The translations under genes were made by a program, and so were the position numbers. Shown here piece after piece: positions 1 through 9,846 of a DNA stretch of 64,000 bases. Origin of the DNA: Fimbriimonadales bacterium (GTDB lineage Bacteria; Armatimonadota; Fimbriimonadia; Fimbriimonadales; ATM1). The notes beneath the pieces are model-generated. The model was not told where the DNA came from, did not search any database, and saw only the letters and a program-made list of their open reading frames with translations. Position 1 is the first letter of the stretch, and every line of letters starts with the position of its first letter. Location: positions 93,634 to 157,633 of the forward strand of contig JBPCLO010000013.1 of the NCBI GenBank assembly GCA_051003155.1. Direction: 5' to 3'.

Positions 1-2
1 CG

Positions 3-623
3 AAGCGGCAGTGCTGCGGCGCGCTCGACCTACACGCCGGACTAGGCGACAGGGGCCGCAGCAAGGCTCGCGCTCTGATCGACTGCTGCCCCGAGGATGC
101 GCCGGTCGTCACCAACTCGGCAGGCTGCGGCGGCGCGATGAAAGACTACGGCGACTTGCTCGCCGACGACCCGGCCTACGCCGACAGAGCGCGCAGATTT
201 TCAAAGAGGGTGCGCGACATTACCGAACACTTGAGTGGAGCAGACCTCGAGCTGCCCCGATCAAACCGGCATCTCCGGATCGCATACCACGACGCGTGCC
301 ATCTGGCGCATGGCCAACGCATACGTAAAGAACCCCGCGAGCTGCTTCGATCATTGCCGGGTGTGCAGTTGGTCGAGCTCGAGGAATCGGACCGATGCTG
401 CGGCAGCGCAGGAATCTACAACCTCACCCAACCGGAACTCGCTCGCCGCCTGCTGGAGCGAAAGTGGACCTTCATCGAACAGACGGGGGCGGAGATCGTG
501 GCGACCGGTAACCCCGGCTGTCTCGCCTGGATCCAGCAAGCCGCCGCCGAAAAGGGTTCCGCAGTGCGCGTTATGCACATCGTCGACGTGATCGCCGAAG
601 CGGTGCGCTCTACTTCTTCGTGA
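3..623 (+). CDS. glcF: GlcF-like Fe-S oxidoreductase, CCG domains (5' partial)
   Basis: Frame open from the window edge: QCCGALDLHAG, TNSAGCG, YHDACHLAHGQ, RCCGSAGIYNL, TGNPGC. Confidence 0.8.
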   Translation, partial: KRQCCGALDLHAGLGDRGRSKARALIDCCPEDAPVVTNSAGCGGAMKDYGDLLADDPAYADRARRFSKRVRDITEHLSGADLELPRSNRHLRIAYHDACHLAHGQRIRKEPRELLRSLPGVQLVELEESDRCCGSAGIYNLTQPELARRLLERKWTFIEQTGAEIVATGNPGCLAWIQQAAAEKGSAVRVMHIVDVIAEAVRSTSS

Positions 624-1125
624 AAGTGGCCTCGGCGACCTTAACCCACTTCTCGCCCTCTTTGAACTCGAGCAGGAAGTGGACCACCTTGTCGGATTTC
701 TTGGTAACGCTAGCACGGCTTGTCGTTGGCCCCTTCGGGTCAACGCTCCACGGCTCGCTGATCATGACCATCTTGTCGATTTCGAAAGTCCCATGCTCGA
801 CGCGCGGCGTCGGGGCAAAGTTGGTGAATGTGTATGACGAATACCGTTTCTTCGCGGCGTCCCAGCACAGGAAACTCGTCTCGGAGAACCTCATTCCCAT
901 CATCTGAAACGAGGACGTTGACTTTAGGAAATTGCCTTCCGTCACGGCCTTGTACGGCAATTCGACAGTTTCGTTCATGCCTTCCATCGACCACTTCACC
1001 TTGCCATTCCAGTCGCCGATCATCCACGCGATACGCTCCATTTCCGCGGACGGCTTCTCCTGCGCTGGCGCAAGGGCGAAGGCGAGCAAAGCAGCTAACG
1101 CAACGATGAACTTGATTCTCTTCAT
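610..1125 (-). CDS. Secreted hypothetical protein, DUF1579-like
   Basis: Signal peptide, 'WMIGDWNG' motif, AGGGAGG RBS. Confidence 0.6.
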   Translation of the reverse strand: MKRIKFIVALAALLAFALAPAQEKPSAEMERIAWMIGDWNGKVKWSMEGMNETVELPYKAVTEGNFLKSTSSFQMMGMRFSETSFLCWDAAKKRYSSYTFTNFAPTPRVEHGTFEIDKMVMISEPWSVDPKGPTTSRASVTKKSDKVVHFLLEFKEGEKWVKVAEATFTKK

Positions 1126-1168
1126 ATATCCTCCCTGAGACCGCCTCTGTAGGGCGGTTCATCAGAGA

Positions 1169-3010
1169 TTATGGCAACGCTTTGAAAGAAATGTGCGAGG
1201 CGTTCTTTCCCGCGAGGTAGACGCGGTGCGTGGCCTTGCGAAAGTCCTTCTCGTCCGCGTTGTAAATGTTCACAAACGTCTGAGGGTTGCGGTCAGTTAG
1301 CGGGAACCACGACGAGTGGACCTGCACCATGATTCGGTGGCCCTTTCGAAAAGTGTGCATGACGTCCGGAAGCACGAACTCGACCTTGGTGATCCGTTTG
1401 GGGGTCAGCGGCTCGGGTTTTGACCAGCTGTTGCGATATTTGGCGCGCATGGGCTCGCCTCGAATGAGCATCTGATAGCCGCCCATGGTTACGGATTCGT
1501 TCCTGGGTGATCTCGCCGCGGTGTCGCGCGGGTATACGTCGATTAGCTTCACCACAAAGTCAGCGTCCGTGCCGGTGGTCGAAACGTGAAGCGTCGCGGT
1601 TAAGGGCCCCGCCATTGTAACGTCGTTTGAGAGGGCCGGAGTGGCGTAGGACAGCACATCGGGCCGGTTCCAGACGAAGCGCTGGTCCTCGATCATGTAG
1701 CTTCGCGCCATGCCCGTCGTGATCGTCGCGGAGTTCGGAACCGGCTTCGCCGGGTCGCTGACGTATTCGTCGAAGGCCTTTCCGACGGACGGCGTAGCTG
1801 CGAGCGATTCGCCCAGGTAGAGCTTTGCATCGCCGGCGGTCCTCGGCGGCCATTCGTCGAATTCGCGCCACTTATCCGCGCCGATGTCGAAGACGGTCGC
1901 CTCGGGTCTATTGAATTCGCCTGTGCCTTTCAAGAACTCCTTGAAGAACGGCAGCTGGAACTTTGCGCGAAAGTCCTCGGCGGTCTTGGTGGTCCACTTG
2001 ATATCGTGCAGGGAGTCACCGACGCCGCCTCCCCAGGAACCGTGGTACCACGGGCCCATGACGAGAATCGTTCGGTTGATAAGGGGACTGGCCTTTTCGA
2101 TAGCTCGATAGATCGCGAGCGGTCCGTAGAGGTCTTCCGCATCGAACCAGCCGCCCACGAGCATCACTGGAACATCGCCCACTTTCTTTAGGTGCTGCGG
2201 GACGTTCTGCTTTTGCCAGTATTCGTCGTAGTCTCCGTGCTCCATCCACTCTTTCCACAGCCGAATCTTGTCCATCCCGTACTTCTTCGCTGCGTTCTTC
2301 AGCGGGCCCATGTTGAGGAAGAACTGGTAGCCGTCGCGAGTGCCGTGACGAAAAACGTCGCCATCGTAGCGTTTGGTTGGGCCTGTTCGTGCGCGCCCGA
2401 AGCCGGCGACGAAGTTCATGGCATGAGGAAGAAAGAAGGCGCCGTTGTGGTGCATGTCGTCGCCCAGCCAGTTGTCTGCCATCGGAGCCTGCGGCGAAGC
2501 GGCTTTGAGCGCGGGGTGTGGGTCGATCAGCGCCTGCGTCGCATAGTGCCCTGGGAAACTCACGCCGGTGATGCCGACGCGTCCGTTGTGATTCTCCACG
2601 TTTTTCAGCAGCCAGTCGATCGTGTCCCATGTATCGGTGCTTTCATCGACCTGGCCCGGCTTCTTGTTGGGAATGTATGGCGTCATCCACTGAAACTCGC
2701 CCTCTGACATGTAGCGGCCACGGACGTCTTGGTTTACGAAGATAAAGCCCTCGCGAGCGAACTCCGGCGACGGCCCAAGCCTGCCGAATGAAGTGCCGTA
2801 CGGACCGACGCTGTACGGCGTTCGAACCATCATGAACGGGTACTTCTGCTTCGTGTCTTTGGGGATGTAGAGAGAAGTAAACAGCTTCACGCCATCGCGC
2901 ATCGGTATCTGAACTTCGCGCTTGGTGTACGCCCCCCTAGCGTTGAACGTCTCCTGGGCAGCCCCTAACGAAACCGCCCCAAGAGCGAGAACGAGAATGT
3001 GCTTTCTCAT
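1169..3010 (-). CDS. CocE/NonD family hydrolase (alpha-amino acid ester hydrolase / glutaryl-7-ACA acylase-like)
   Basis: IPMRDGVKL, RTPY, QDVRGRYMSEG, GVSFPG nucleophile, SSWFP; signal peptide at ATG 3010 in ATGA overlap with upstream stop. Confidence 0.9.
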   Translation of the reverse strand: MRKHILVLALGAVSLGAAQETFNARGAYTKREVQIPMRDGVKLFTSLYIPKDTKQKYPFMMVRTPYSVGPYGTSFGRLGPSPEFAREGFIFVNQDVRGRYMSEGEFQWMTPYIPNKKPGQVDESTDTWDTIDWLLKNVENHNGRVGITGVSFPGHYATQALIDPHPALKAASPQAPMADNWLGDDMHHNGAFFLPHAMNFVAGFGRARTGPTKRYDGDVFRHGTRDGYQFFLNMGPLKNAAKKYGMDKIRLWKEWMEHGDYDEYWQKQNVPQHLKKVGDVPVMLVGGWFDAEDLYGPLAIYRAIEKASPLINRTILVMGPWYHGSWGGGVGDSLHDIKWTTKTAEDFRAKFQLPFFKEFLKGTGEFNRPEATVFDIGADKWREFDEWPPRTAGDAKLYLGESLAATPSVGKAFDEYVSDPAKPVPNSATITTGMARSYMIEDQRFVWNRPDVLSYATPALSNDVTMAGPLTATLHVSTTGTDADFVVKLIDVYPRDTAARSPRNESVTMGGYQMLIRGEPMRAKYRNSWSKPEPLTPKRITKVEFVLPDVMHTFRKGHRIMVQVHSSWFPLTDRNPQTFVNIYNADEKDFRKATHRVYLAGKNASHISFKALP

Positions 3011-4023
3011 GCGAATCCTCCGAGCAAACTGTGTTCTCCGATGACGCTCCCCGCGGCGAGAACGGAGTTCTCGATGCTCGCACTCGAGCCGATAACCGAG
3101 CCCTCGCCAATCACGCTGCGAACGATCTTGACGCCGGAACCGACCCGAACGTCCTCGAAAATTGCCGAGGCGCACACCGTCGAACCCTCGCCAATCGTTA
3201 CGCCTTTGCCGATAGACGAGTGGCAGCAAACCTTTGCCGACTCGTGAACCCTGGCCTCTCCGTGAACCGCCGAAGCACCTGTCACACTGGCCACTTGTCC
3301 CGAAACGATCGCAGCCACGGCTTCTAGGTACTGCGTAGGGCGGCCGATGTCGATCCAGTAGTCACCGCGAACGTCGCCGAACACCCTCCAACCCTCTCCG
3401 ATCAGCTTGGGGAACACCTCACGCTCCACGTTGCACCTGCGCAGCGGAATCGTCTCGATGGCGGCGGCGCTCATGACGTAAAGGCCGGCGTTGATTAGGT
3501 CGGTCAGCTCATCCGCCGGACCGCTAAGAGCGCGTTTCTGCTCGTCGCTGGGCTCGTGGAAACCGCGAACCTCGCCACCTTCCCCGACGGGCACGACTCC
3601 GTATACGTGGGGGCGTGCCACTTCGTGAAGCGTCAACGTCACGTCCGCGCCACGTTCGTGGTGCTTCCTAACGATGTCCGCGATGTCGAAACCGTGGATC
3701 ACGTCGCCGTTGAAGACCACGCACTCGTCGCCCGGGAAAGCGTCGTAGGCGTTGCGGATCGCCCCGCCGGTGTCGAGCGGTTCGTCTTCGACCGCGTAAA
3801 CGATCTTCATTCCGATGGCCGTCCCGTCGCCGAACTCAGCCTGAACCGCCTCCCACATGTAGTTCGTCGCGAAGCAGACCTCCTTGATCCCCGCGGCCTT
3901 CAGGTAGGAGAGCTGGTATGCGAGAAGCGGCGCATTGACTAGCGGCATGAGCGGCTTTGGCCGAGTAAGAGTGAGTGGGCGGAGCCGCGTGCCGAATCCG
4001 CCTGCGATAACGATGCCACGCAT
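3007..4023 (-). CDS. NDP-sugar synthase (mannose-1-phosphate guanylyltransferase-like)
   Basis: IAGGFGTRLRPLT..PKPL, PLDTGGAI, YWIDIG, C-terminal hexapeptide repeats. Confidence 0.85.
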   Translation of the reverse strand: MRGIVIAGGFGTRLRPLTLTRPKPLMPLVNAPLLAYQLSYLKAAGIKEVCFATNYMWEAVQAEFGDGTAIGMKIVYAVEDEPLDTGGAIRNAYDAFPGDECVVFNGDVIHGFDIADIVRKHHERGADVTLTLHEVARPHVYGVVPVGEGGEVRGFHEPSDEQKRALSGPADELTDLINAGLYVMSAAAIETIPLRRCNVEREVFPKLIGEGWRVFGDVRGDYWIDIGRPTQYLEAVAAIVSGQVASVTGASAVHGEARVHESAKVCCHSSIGKGVTIGEGSTVCASAIFEDVRVGSGVKIVRSVIGEGSVIGSSASIENSVLAAGSVIGEHSLLGGFA

Positions 4024-4099
4024 GTGTGAAAGGATACCGGGTTCGCCTTGGTCTAGCAAGACTGCTCCACCTCCACCGTAAGTGACCGCGGAACTCCCC

Positions 4100-4630
4100 T
4101 CATTCCTCCGAGGATGAGGGCCGCCGGGCGGCCCTCTGCGCAAGCATTTTAGCCAAAACCGCCTGGCCCCCGTGGTATGCCTCGTGCTGGATCACGTGAT
4201 GGAGAACCCAGCGGAGTGTGAACTCGTGCTCTTTTCCATACTTGCCGGTATGCGCCGGATCGCCGAGGCCGCGGACGGTCTCGATCGTTCGGGCCCGCAC
4301 GCGGTCTTGGATAGCATAGAAATGGTCGAGCGGCTGCTTCGGGGGCGCGGGCCATCGGCCTCCGTATTGGCGCGTCTCTTCCTCCATTAGCTCGACCCTT
4401 TCCTCTTTGGTCATCTTTCTGCCTGCCGACACGTGCTCGACCCACCAGGCCTCGCTCTCCGCCATGTGCAGGATCAGCGCACCGATGTTGTGGCCGCCGG
4501 GATAAGCGGGCCGGCCGACCAAAGCGTCGCGCACCTTGCCGAGTTCGCGTCTCCACTTCCGCGTCGTCGCTCCGAGCATTGAGATGAGGAGCTCGAGTTC
4601 GCTTCCCGCGGCTAGATCATGCGTTTCCAT
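4100..4630 (-). CDS. DinB/DUF664 family protein
   Basis: IGALILHMAESE and RWVLHHVIQHEAYHGGQ His motifs. Confidence 0.85.
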   Translation of the reverse strand: METHDLAAGSELELLISMLGATTRKWRRELGKVRDALVGRPAYPGGHNIGALILHMAESEAWWVEHVSAGRKMTKEERVELMEEETRQYGGRWPAPPKQPLDHFYAIQDRVRARTIETVRGLGDPAHTGKYGKEHEFTLRWVLHHVIQHEAYHGGQAVLAKMLAQRAARRPSSSEE

Positions 4631-4654
4631 TTGTAAGATTATGCGTCCGCCCCC

Positions 4655-4715
4655 TCGGCAGTCGGCAGTCGTCAGTCGCCAGTCCTTCCCGGGGCAGTCG
4701 TCAGTCGGCAGTCGT
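4655..4715. repeat. Short tandem heptamer repeats (CAGTCGN), two blocks
   Basis: cagtcgg cagtcgt cagtcgc cagtcct, then cagtcgt cagtcgg cagtcgt, in the divergent intergenic region. Confidence 0.85.
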
Positions 4716-4739
4716 CCGCAGGGCTATAATTAAGACGGT

Positions 4740-5639
4740 ATGAAGGCGAACGGCGCGCCCGAGACGGGCACATGGCGGTTGAAGGTCGGCCTGGCGGAGA
4801 TGCTGAAGGGCGGCGTGATTATGGACGTGGTCACTCCCGAGCACGCCAAGATCGCCGAGGACGCCGGCGCGGTCGCCGTGATGGCTCTCGAGCGCGTTCC
4901 CGCGGATATCCGAGCCGATGGCGGCGTCGCCCGCATGAGCGACCCGCAGATGATCAAGGGCATCAAGAAGGCCGTCTCGATCCCCGTAATGGCCAAATGC
5001 CGCATCGGCCATTTTGTGGAGGCCGAGATTCTGCAGGCGCTAGAAGTGGACTATATCGACGAGAGCGAGGTCTTGACCCCCGCCGACCCTAACCTCCACG
5101 TGTGGAAGCACGACTTCACCGTGCCGTTCGTGTGCGGCGCGCGCAACTTGGGCGAGGCGCTTCGGCGGTGCGGGGAAGGGGCGGCGATGATCCGCACGAA
5201 AGGCGAGGCCGGCACGGGCGACGTGGTGGAGGCTGTCCGGCATATGCGGAGCATCATCGCCGAGATCGCGCGTGTCCACGCGGCTCGTCAAGACGAGCTG
5301 ATGTCGCTCGCCAAGGAGTTCCAGGCGCCATTCGAGTTGGTCCAAGAAGTCCACAAGACGGGCCGGCTGCCGGTCCCGAACTTTTCCGCCGGCGGAATCG
5401 CGACCCCAGCGGACGCGGCTCTGATGATGAAGCTCGGCGCGGAAGCTGTGTTCGTCGGTAGCGGAATTTTCAAGAGCGGAGACCCGGCTCTCCGCGCGCG
5501 CGCCATCGTCGAGGCCACCGCGCACTTCAACGACGCGGATCTGCTCGCCCGAGTCAGCGAGAACCTCGGCGAACCCATGGTCGGCATCGGCGTCTCTTCG
5601 CTGACCGAGGCGGAGTTGCTGGCTCCGCGAGGTTGGTAG
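4740..5639 (+). CDS. pdxS: Pyridoxal 5'-phosphate synthase lyase subunit
   Basis: [34 protein letters not shown]. Confidence 0.97.
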   Translation: MKANGAPETGTWRLKVGLAEMLKGGVIMDVVTPEHAKIAEDAGAVAVMALERVPADIRADGGVARMSDPQMIKGIKKAVSIPVMAKCRIGHFVEAEILQALEVDYIDESEVLTPADPNLHVWKHDFTVPFVCGARNLGEALRRCGEGAAMIRTKGEAGTGDVVEAVRHMRSIIAEIARVHAARQDELMSLAKEFQAPFELVQEVHKTGRLPVPNFSAGGIATPADAALMMKLGAEAVFVGSGIFKSGDPALRARAIVEATAHFNDADLLARVSENLGEPMVGIGVSSLTEAELLAPRGW

Positions 5640-5889
5640 TTCTTGATCTCCCAAAATCAACGCCGCCGACAGAGGCCGTTGCGAATCCGTTCAGATAGGC
5701 CACTGTGACAGAGTTGGCAGAGCCAGTCCATTGGACTCTGTACTAACCAATTACCCCAAGTTGGCGTCCCGAGAATACGCCGACCGTGTCCCCGCCGCCA
5801 AGATCGGTAAAGAACCACTGTGGGGAGGCGGTCGCCACCAAGGTTGCGACGAATGCTACAGCGCAGAGTTTATTGACCGGCTTTCTCAT
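5640..5889 (-). pseudogene. N-terminal remnant of a secreted repeat protein (same family as 27474-28958)
   Basis: Signal peptide + QWFFTDL..., TAG at 5743-5745, then YRVQWTGSANS in the same frame; runs into the pdxS 3' end. Confidence 0.55.
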
Positions 5890-6081
5890 AATAGATTCCA
5901 TCCAGACGGCCTCCCCTTGGCGGACAGCTACCTTACTATACCCACGGGTCATTGCAAGAGCGAACCTGCCCTCGAGCTGGTCGGCAAACACTTGGGCAGC
6001 TACAAGGCGCTGGAGATAACCGACTAACCCGACAGCCCTACGCGCGCGCGAGGCAACTGATCTGGGCCATAATGAAGCGTT

Positions 6082-6603
6082 ATGGCAAAGCGCATCGATC
6101 CTAACGATGAACTTGAACGCGTCGAACTAGACATGACTAATCCCGCGCAGCATCGCGCGCGCGAACCAGGCAAGCTGGGAAGGCCGTCCAAACTTACGGC
6201 GGCCGTCACGAAGGACATTTCTCAAGCAATAATGGTAGGCGCCTCGCGAGACTTGGCCGCGCAATACGGCGGCATAAACCGAGCGACGTTTTACGAATGG
6301 CTGCGGCTGGGCAGGGAAGCCGAAGAAAGGGACGAAGAAAACCTGTACCTGGACTTCCTTTTGGCCGTAGAGTTCGCGGAGGCGGCTCAAGTAGTGAACG
6401 ATTTGACCTTAATCAGCCTGGCGTCGGAGACGGATTGGCGGGCGGCCGCGTGGCGCTTGGAGCGGCGGTTCCCGAATGAGTACGGCAAGTCCCGCGCAGC
6501 CCTGCCTTCGGACGGCAAGACCGTCGAGGGCGGGTTCGCGGCGCGCATCGACAAGACCGAACAAGAAATCGACGAACTGCTCCGAAAGCACAAACTAAAC
6601 TAG
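6082..6603 (+). CDS. Phage-type HTH protein, terminase small subunit-like
   Basis: GRPSKLT, GINRATFYEWL HTH, DWRAAAWRLERRFP motif. Confidence 0.6.
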   Translation: MAKRIDPNDELERVELDMTNPAQHRAREPGKLGRPSKLTAAVTKDISQAIMVGASRDLAAQYGGINRATFYEWLRLGREAEERDEENLYLDFLLAVEFAEAAQVVNDLTLISLASETDWRAAAWRLERRFPNEYGKSRAALPSDGKTVEGGFAARIDKTEQEIDELLRKHKLN

Positions 6604-6794
6604 ACGCCGCATGGAGCGGCGCAATTTGGTTTCTATCCTGCCATCCCCTTGGGGTGGCTGTAACGGTAGCCCGCAGCCACCGCAAGCGGTGGCAGGATAA
6701 AGACATAAGCTAGCACGAGTTGGTGGACCCGAAGGTCCGTAGCCGCTTATCCTGACCCGCCGGTGCGCCGGAAGCTCCGAGCCATAATGGGCAC

Positions 6795-7715
6795 GTGAAG
6801 CATATCGCCTTGCTGTATGCCTCCGTGCTGATGGCTGGTGTCGGCTGTTCAGCGTCCAAGACCAGCGCAGATATCGACCAGGCACTCACCTGGTTGCCGG
6901 CAAATACGGAGACTATGCTTGCTTGCAGAGGCCCGTTCGAACCTACCGGCCGATGGGAAACCGCGCTTCAAGCTTGTCAGACGGTTTCGACGATCGGACT
7001 CCCTAACGACGGCGAAGCACTGGGCCAGATCCGAGCCAATTGGATTGTTCAAGGAACACGCAATTATCGCCCAGCGACAAGTCTCGGCCTCTGTCGCTAC
7101 GACGGCTGCAAAATAATCGGACTCCGGCGAGGCGCATCTGCAGACGCCGCCGGCTGGGCACGAAAGGCCGCCGCCGACTCGTTCACATTCGCCAACCAGA
7201 AGGTTTACGTCTTCAGAGAGCGAAAGGAGACCGACCAGTGGTCATTCTATGTCACTTTCGTTGGCGACCTAATGTTCTGCGCAACCGACAAAACGTACTT
7301 GGCACAAGTTCTAAACCGAAAGAACACGCAACCTGCGGATCGCGCACTTCCATCAAGATTGCCTCAATGGAAGTACATCGATCGTGCGGCGCCATTCTGG
7401 GCAGTTCGGCGGTTTACTCCTCAGGCAAATAAGGCTCGCTACGGAATGAACATGGATGACGAAGGGCTTACTGGATATGCCGTGTCTCTCGACAAGCGTG
7501 CGGAGCGCTTGACCGTAATCAGTATGTCGAAGAGCCATGACGGACATGAAAAGGCGAAAGCGTTCTGGAACAACATGATGACCCCTCGGTCGACCTTCCC
7601 AGTGATTCCGCGGCTCGATGGTTACACGAAGATCGTTTTTGGCGAAAAGAAAGAAGATTGGGGAACGATCGGCCTCTTCCTAGTGGCCGCATTGGGGCAT
7701 CCAGTTTTTATCTGA
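6795..7715 (+). CDS. Hypothetical lipoprotein
   Basis: 306-aa ORF with lipobox-like VGC after a hydrophobic leader. Confidence 0.6.
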   Translation: MKHIALLYASVLMAGVGCSASKTSADIDQALTWLPANTETMLACRGPFEPTGRWETALQACQTVSTIGLPNDGEALGQIRANWIVQGTRNYRPATSLGLCRYDGCKIIGLRRGASADAAGWARKAAADSFTFANQKVYVFRERKETDQWSFYVTFVGDLMFCATDKTYLAQVLNRKNTQPADRALPSRLPQWKYIDRAAPFWAVRRFTPQANKARYGMNMDDEGLTGYAVSLDKRAERLTVISMSKSHDGHEKAKAFWNNMMTPRSTFPVIPRLDGYTKIVFGEKKEDWGTIGLFLVAALGHPVFI

Positions 7716-7794
7716 ATTCGCTTTCCTCCGACGGTCAGCCAATCCAAGGGGTGTCAGGATACAATAGATCAATGAGCGGGCTCGCGATGCGGAT

Positions 7795-9045
7795 ATGAAG
7801 CATCCTGCGGCACTTGGCCTTGCCGTGCTCTGCACTATCCTAGTCGGCGCCCGGTGCTCCCGCGCGGGCGAGGAATCCGCAATGGAAATACTGCGGCAGA
7901 ACCGGGATGCGATGTTCGCGCTGCAGGGTTATCGCGCCGAGTGCTACACCGTGCTTACGTACGACGACGGAGGCAGGCCTCGCAAGTTTGAAGTAGCGAC
8001 TCTGACCGCCCAAAAGCCAAACAAAATGCGCTACGACTCGTGGTGGTCCGCGTCTACGCCGAAAGACTTGGCTGCGATTCGCTCATCGGTAGTTCCGGAC
8101 ATTACTTTCGCCTGCGACGGCAATCGGATGCTAAAGCAATTCGGGGACCACTACAGGGGAGACTTAAGAACGCAGCCGAAAGCAACGGCGCCCGAAGCCG
8201 TGTTTACGATTCTTGAGCCTTGGCATGGCTTTTACTCCAAGAAGAACTCCTTACATGAATCTATTGCTGAGATTCGCGCAGAGGGCCGAACGGCCGAAGT
8301 CGAGCGCGGTGGCACGGCCATGTGCGAAGGCGTGATGTGCGACAAGGTGCTCGTTCATAAGAATGTGATCTTTCGAGAAACCGCTCACGAGTATCACGAA
8401 ACCTACTATATAGGCCAATCGGACCACCTGGTGCGCCGCTGTGTACAGCACGTCACCTTCGACGGAATATCCGGATACACGCGCGATGCGACAATCCGCA
8501 ATATCGAACTCAACCCAAAGGTGAAAGCCAGTGTTTACTCGTACAGCCCTCCGCCAACGGTGAAGCTCATGCCGCCGCTAAAGGATGACCTCCCGCTCTT
8601 GCCGAATGGACGGATCGCCCCCGACTTCTCTGCGCTTGACGCAAACAGGAAGCCGATCAAGCTGTCGAACTTCCGCGGCAAAGTCGTTGTAATCGACTTT
8701 TGGGCGAGTTGGTGTGGTCCTTGCAGAGCATCTATGCCTCATACGCAAGAGGTGATAAAGAGGCTTTCAGATTCCGGCGTCCAGGTTGTTGCGCTTGCGA
8801 TAGACGACGGAGAGCCCCGCGCCGCATTCGACGCTTGGGTGTCGGACAACCAGTCCAAGTACCCCAACCTCTCGTTTGCCCATATCGATCCGAAGGAGGG
8901 CGTGAGTTCGAAGCTGTTTAATGTGTCAGGAATACCGACACAATATGTCGTCGATGGGGATGGCGTAATCCGCGCATCGTTCGTGGGCTACGGCGGGCCG
9001 ACTGACGATCTGGAGCGGGCCATCCGGGCAGCCTCGGGCTCTTAA
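7795..9045 (+). CDS. Secreted redoxin: LolA-like N-terminal region + TlpA thioredoxin-like domain
   Basis: Signal peptide; APDFSAL..LSNFRGKVVVIDFWASWCGPC; GIPT cis-Pro motif. Confidence 0.8.
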   Translation: MKHPAALGLAVLCTILVGARCSRAGEESAMEILRQNRDAMFALQGYRAECYTVLTYDDGGRPRKFEVATLTAQKPNKMRYDSWWSASTPKDLAAIRSSVVPDITFACDGNRMLKQFGDHYRGDLRTQPKATAPEAVFTILEPWHGFYSKKNSLHESIAEIRAEGRTAEVERGGTAMCEGVMCDKVLVHKNVIFRETAHEYHETYYIGQSDHLVRRCVQHVTFDGISGYTRDATIRNIELNPKVKASVYSYSPPPTVKLMPPLKDDLPLLPNGRIAPDFSALDANRKPIKLSNFRGKVVVIDFWASWCGPCRASMPHTQEVIKRLSDSGVQVVALAIDDGEPRAAFDAWVSDNQSKYPNLSFAHIDPKEGVSSKLFNVSGIPTQYVVDGDGVIRASFVGYGGPTDDLERAIRAASGS

Positions 9046-9284
9046 AGACCCCCCGGGTTTTCTTTGTGGTCGCTTTCATTGTTATCAACCACCGCCGTAA
9101 AACGACACAAACTCTCCTTCGCCCTTGGCTCGAACTATGGGAGAAGCACTGCCCATCAGCAACTACCTCCTACGTGAAACGCATCATAACGAGGACGATG
9201 GTGGCTACGTCGTGTCCCTCCACCGCTTGTACACGAACACGGGCGGCGGAAGGATAACGAACGCTACGGCTAATTATCCTCCAC

Positions 9285-9751
9285 CTATGCTGACCTTAGG
9301 CATGGCCAAGTCGATTGTTGCGACAGGCCGACGACGATTTGGCCGTTCGCCGACACCGCAAGTGCTCGGCTGGCAAAGCTGCTTGAGCCAGGGAGGTCGC
9401 TAAGCCCGATCATTCCGGACGGTCCAGCGAAATGCCTCGGTGCCGTTCGAGCTCTCGCTCGAACCCACGATGTAGCTGCCGTTGAAGGACGCTTTTGTGG
9501 CGCGTGCGAACGAACTGCCTCCGGGAAGGTCGCCAAGACCAAAGACCCCTTCAGGAGTCCACCGCACAGCCTCGAACGTGGTCCCGATGCCGGACACCCC
9601 GACGATGACGCGCCCGTCCGCAGAGATGCCGTTCGCAGCGCTGAGGAAACCGCCGAACGCCTCGCCACCGAGGCCGCGGAAAGAGTTTATGGGAAAAGCG
9701 GCGGTTGAAAAAAGCACACGCCGAAAGTAAAGCGGCTAATCTTGCGCTCAT
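9285..9751 (-). pseudogene. Frameshifted, truncated extracellular HAF-type repeat protein
   Basis: Three frames join: MSARLAALL.. / ..ANGISADGRVIVG..EAVRWT..GLGDLPGG..EAFRWT / GMIGLSDLPG..AVSANGQIVVG; shifts near 9710 and 9420. Confidence 0.75.
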
Positions 9752-9846
9752 TAGAACCCTCCTTCGAGCCGGCTCAAAGCCTGCGCATCAGCAGGCCCTG
9801 TCGAGCCGCTAAAAACAATTAGACGTCGGCACGGAGTCCGGGCGTT

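Noticed and set aside
5743..5745. Pyrrolysine or amber readthrough
   Set aside because: The gene is truncated shortly afterwards anyway, TAG is a normal stop in many genes here, and no pyl genes are seen
6630..6700. tRNA (including tRNA-Sec) or self-cleaving ribozyme
   Set aside because: No T-loop/anticodon/CCA pattern and no hammerhead, twister or HDV core recognised
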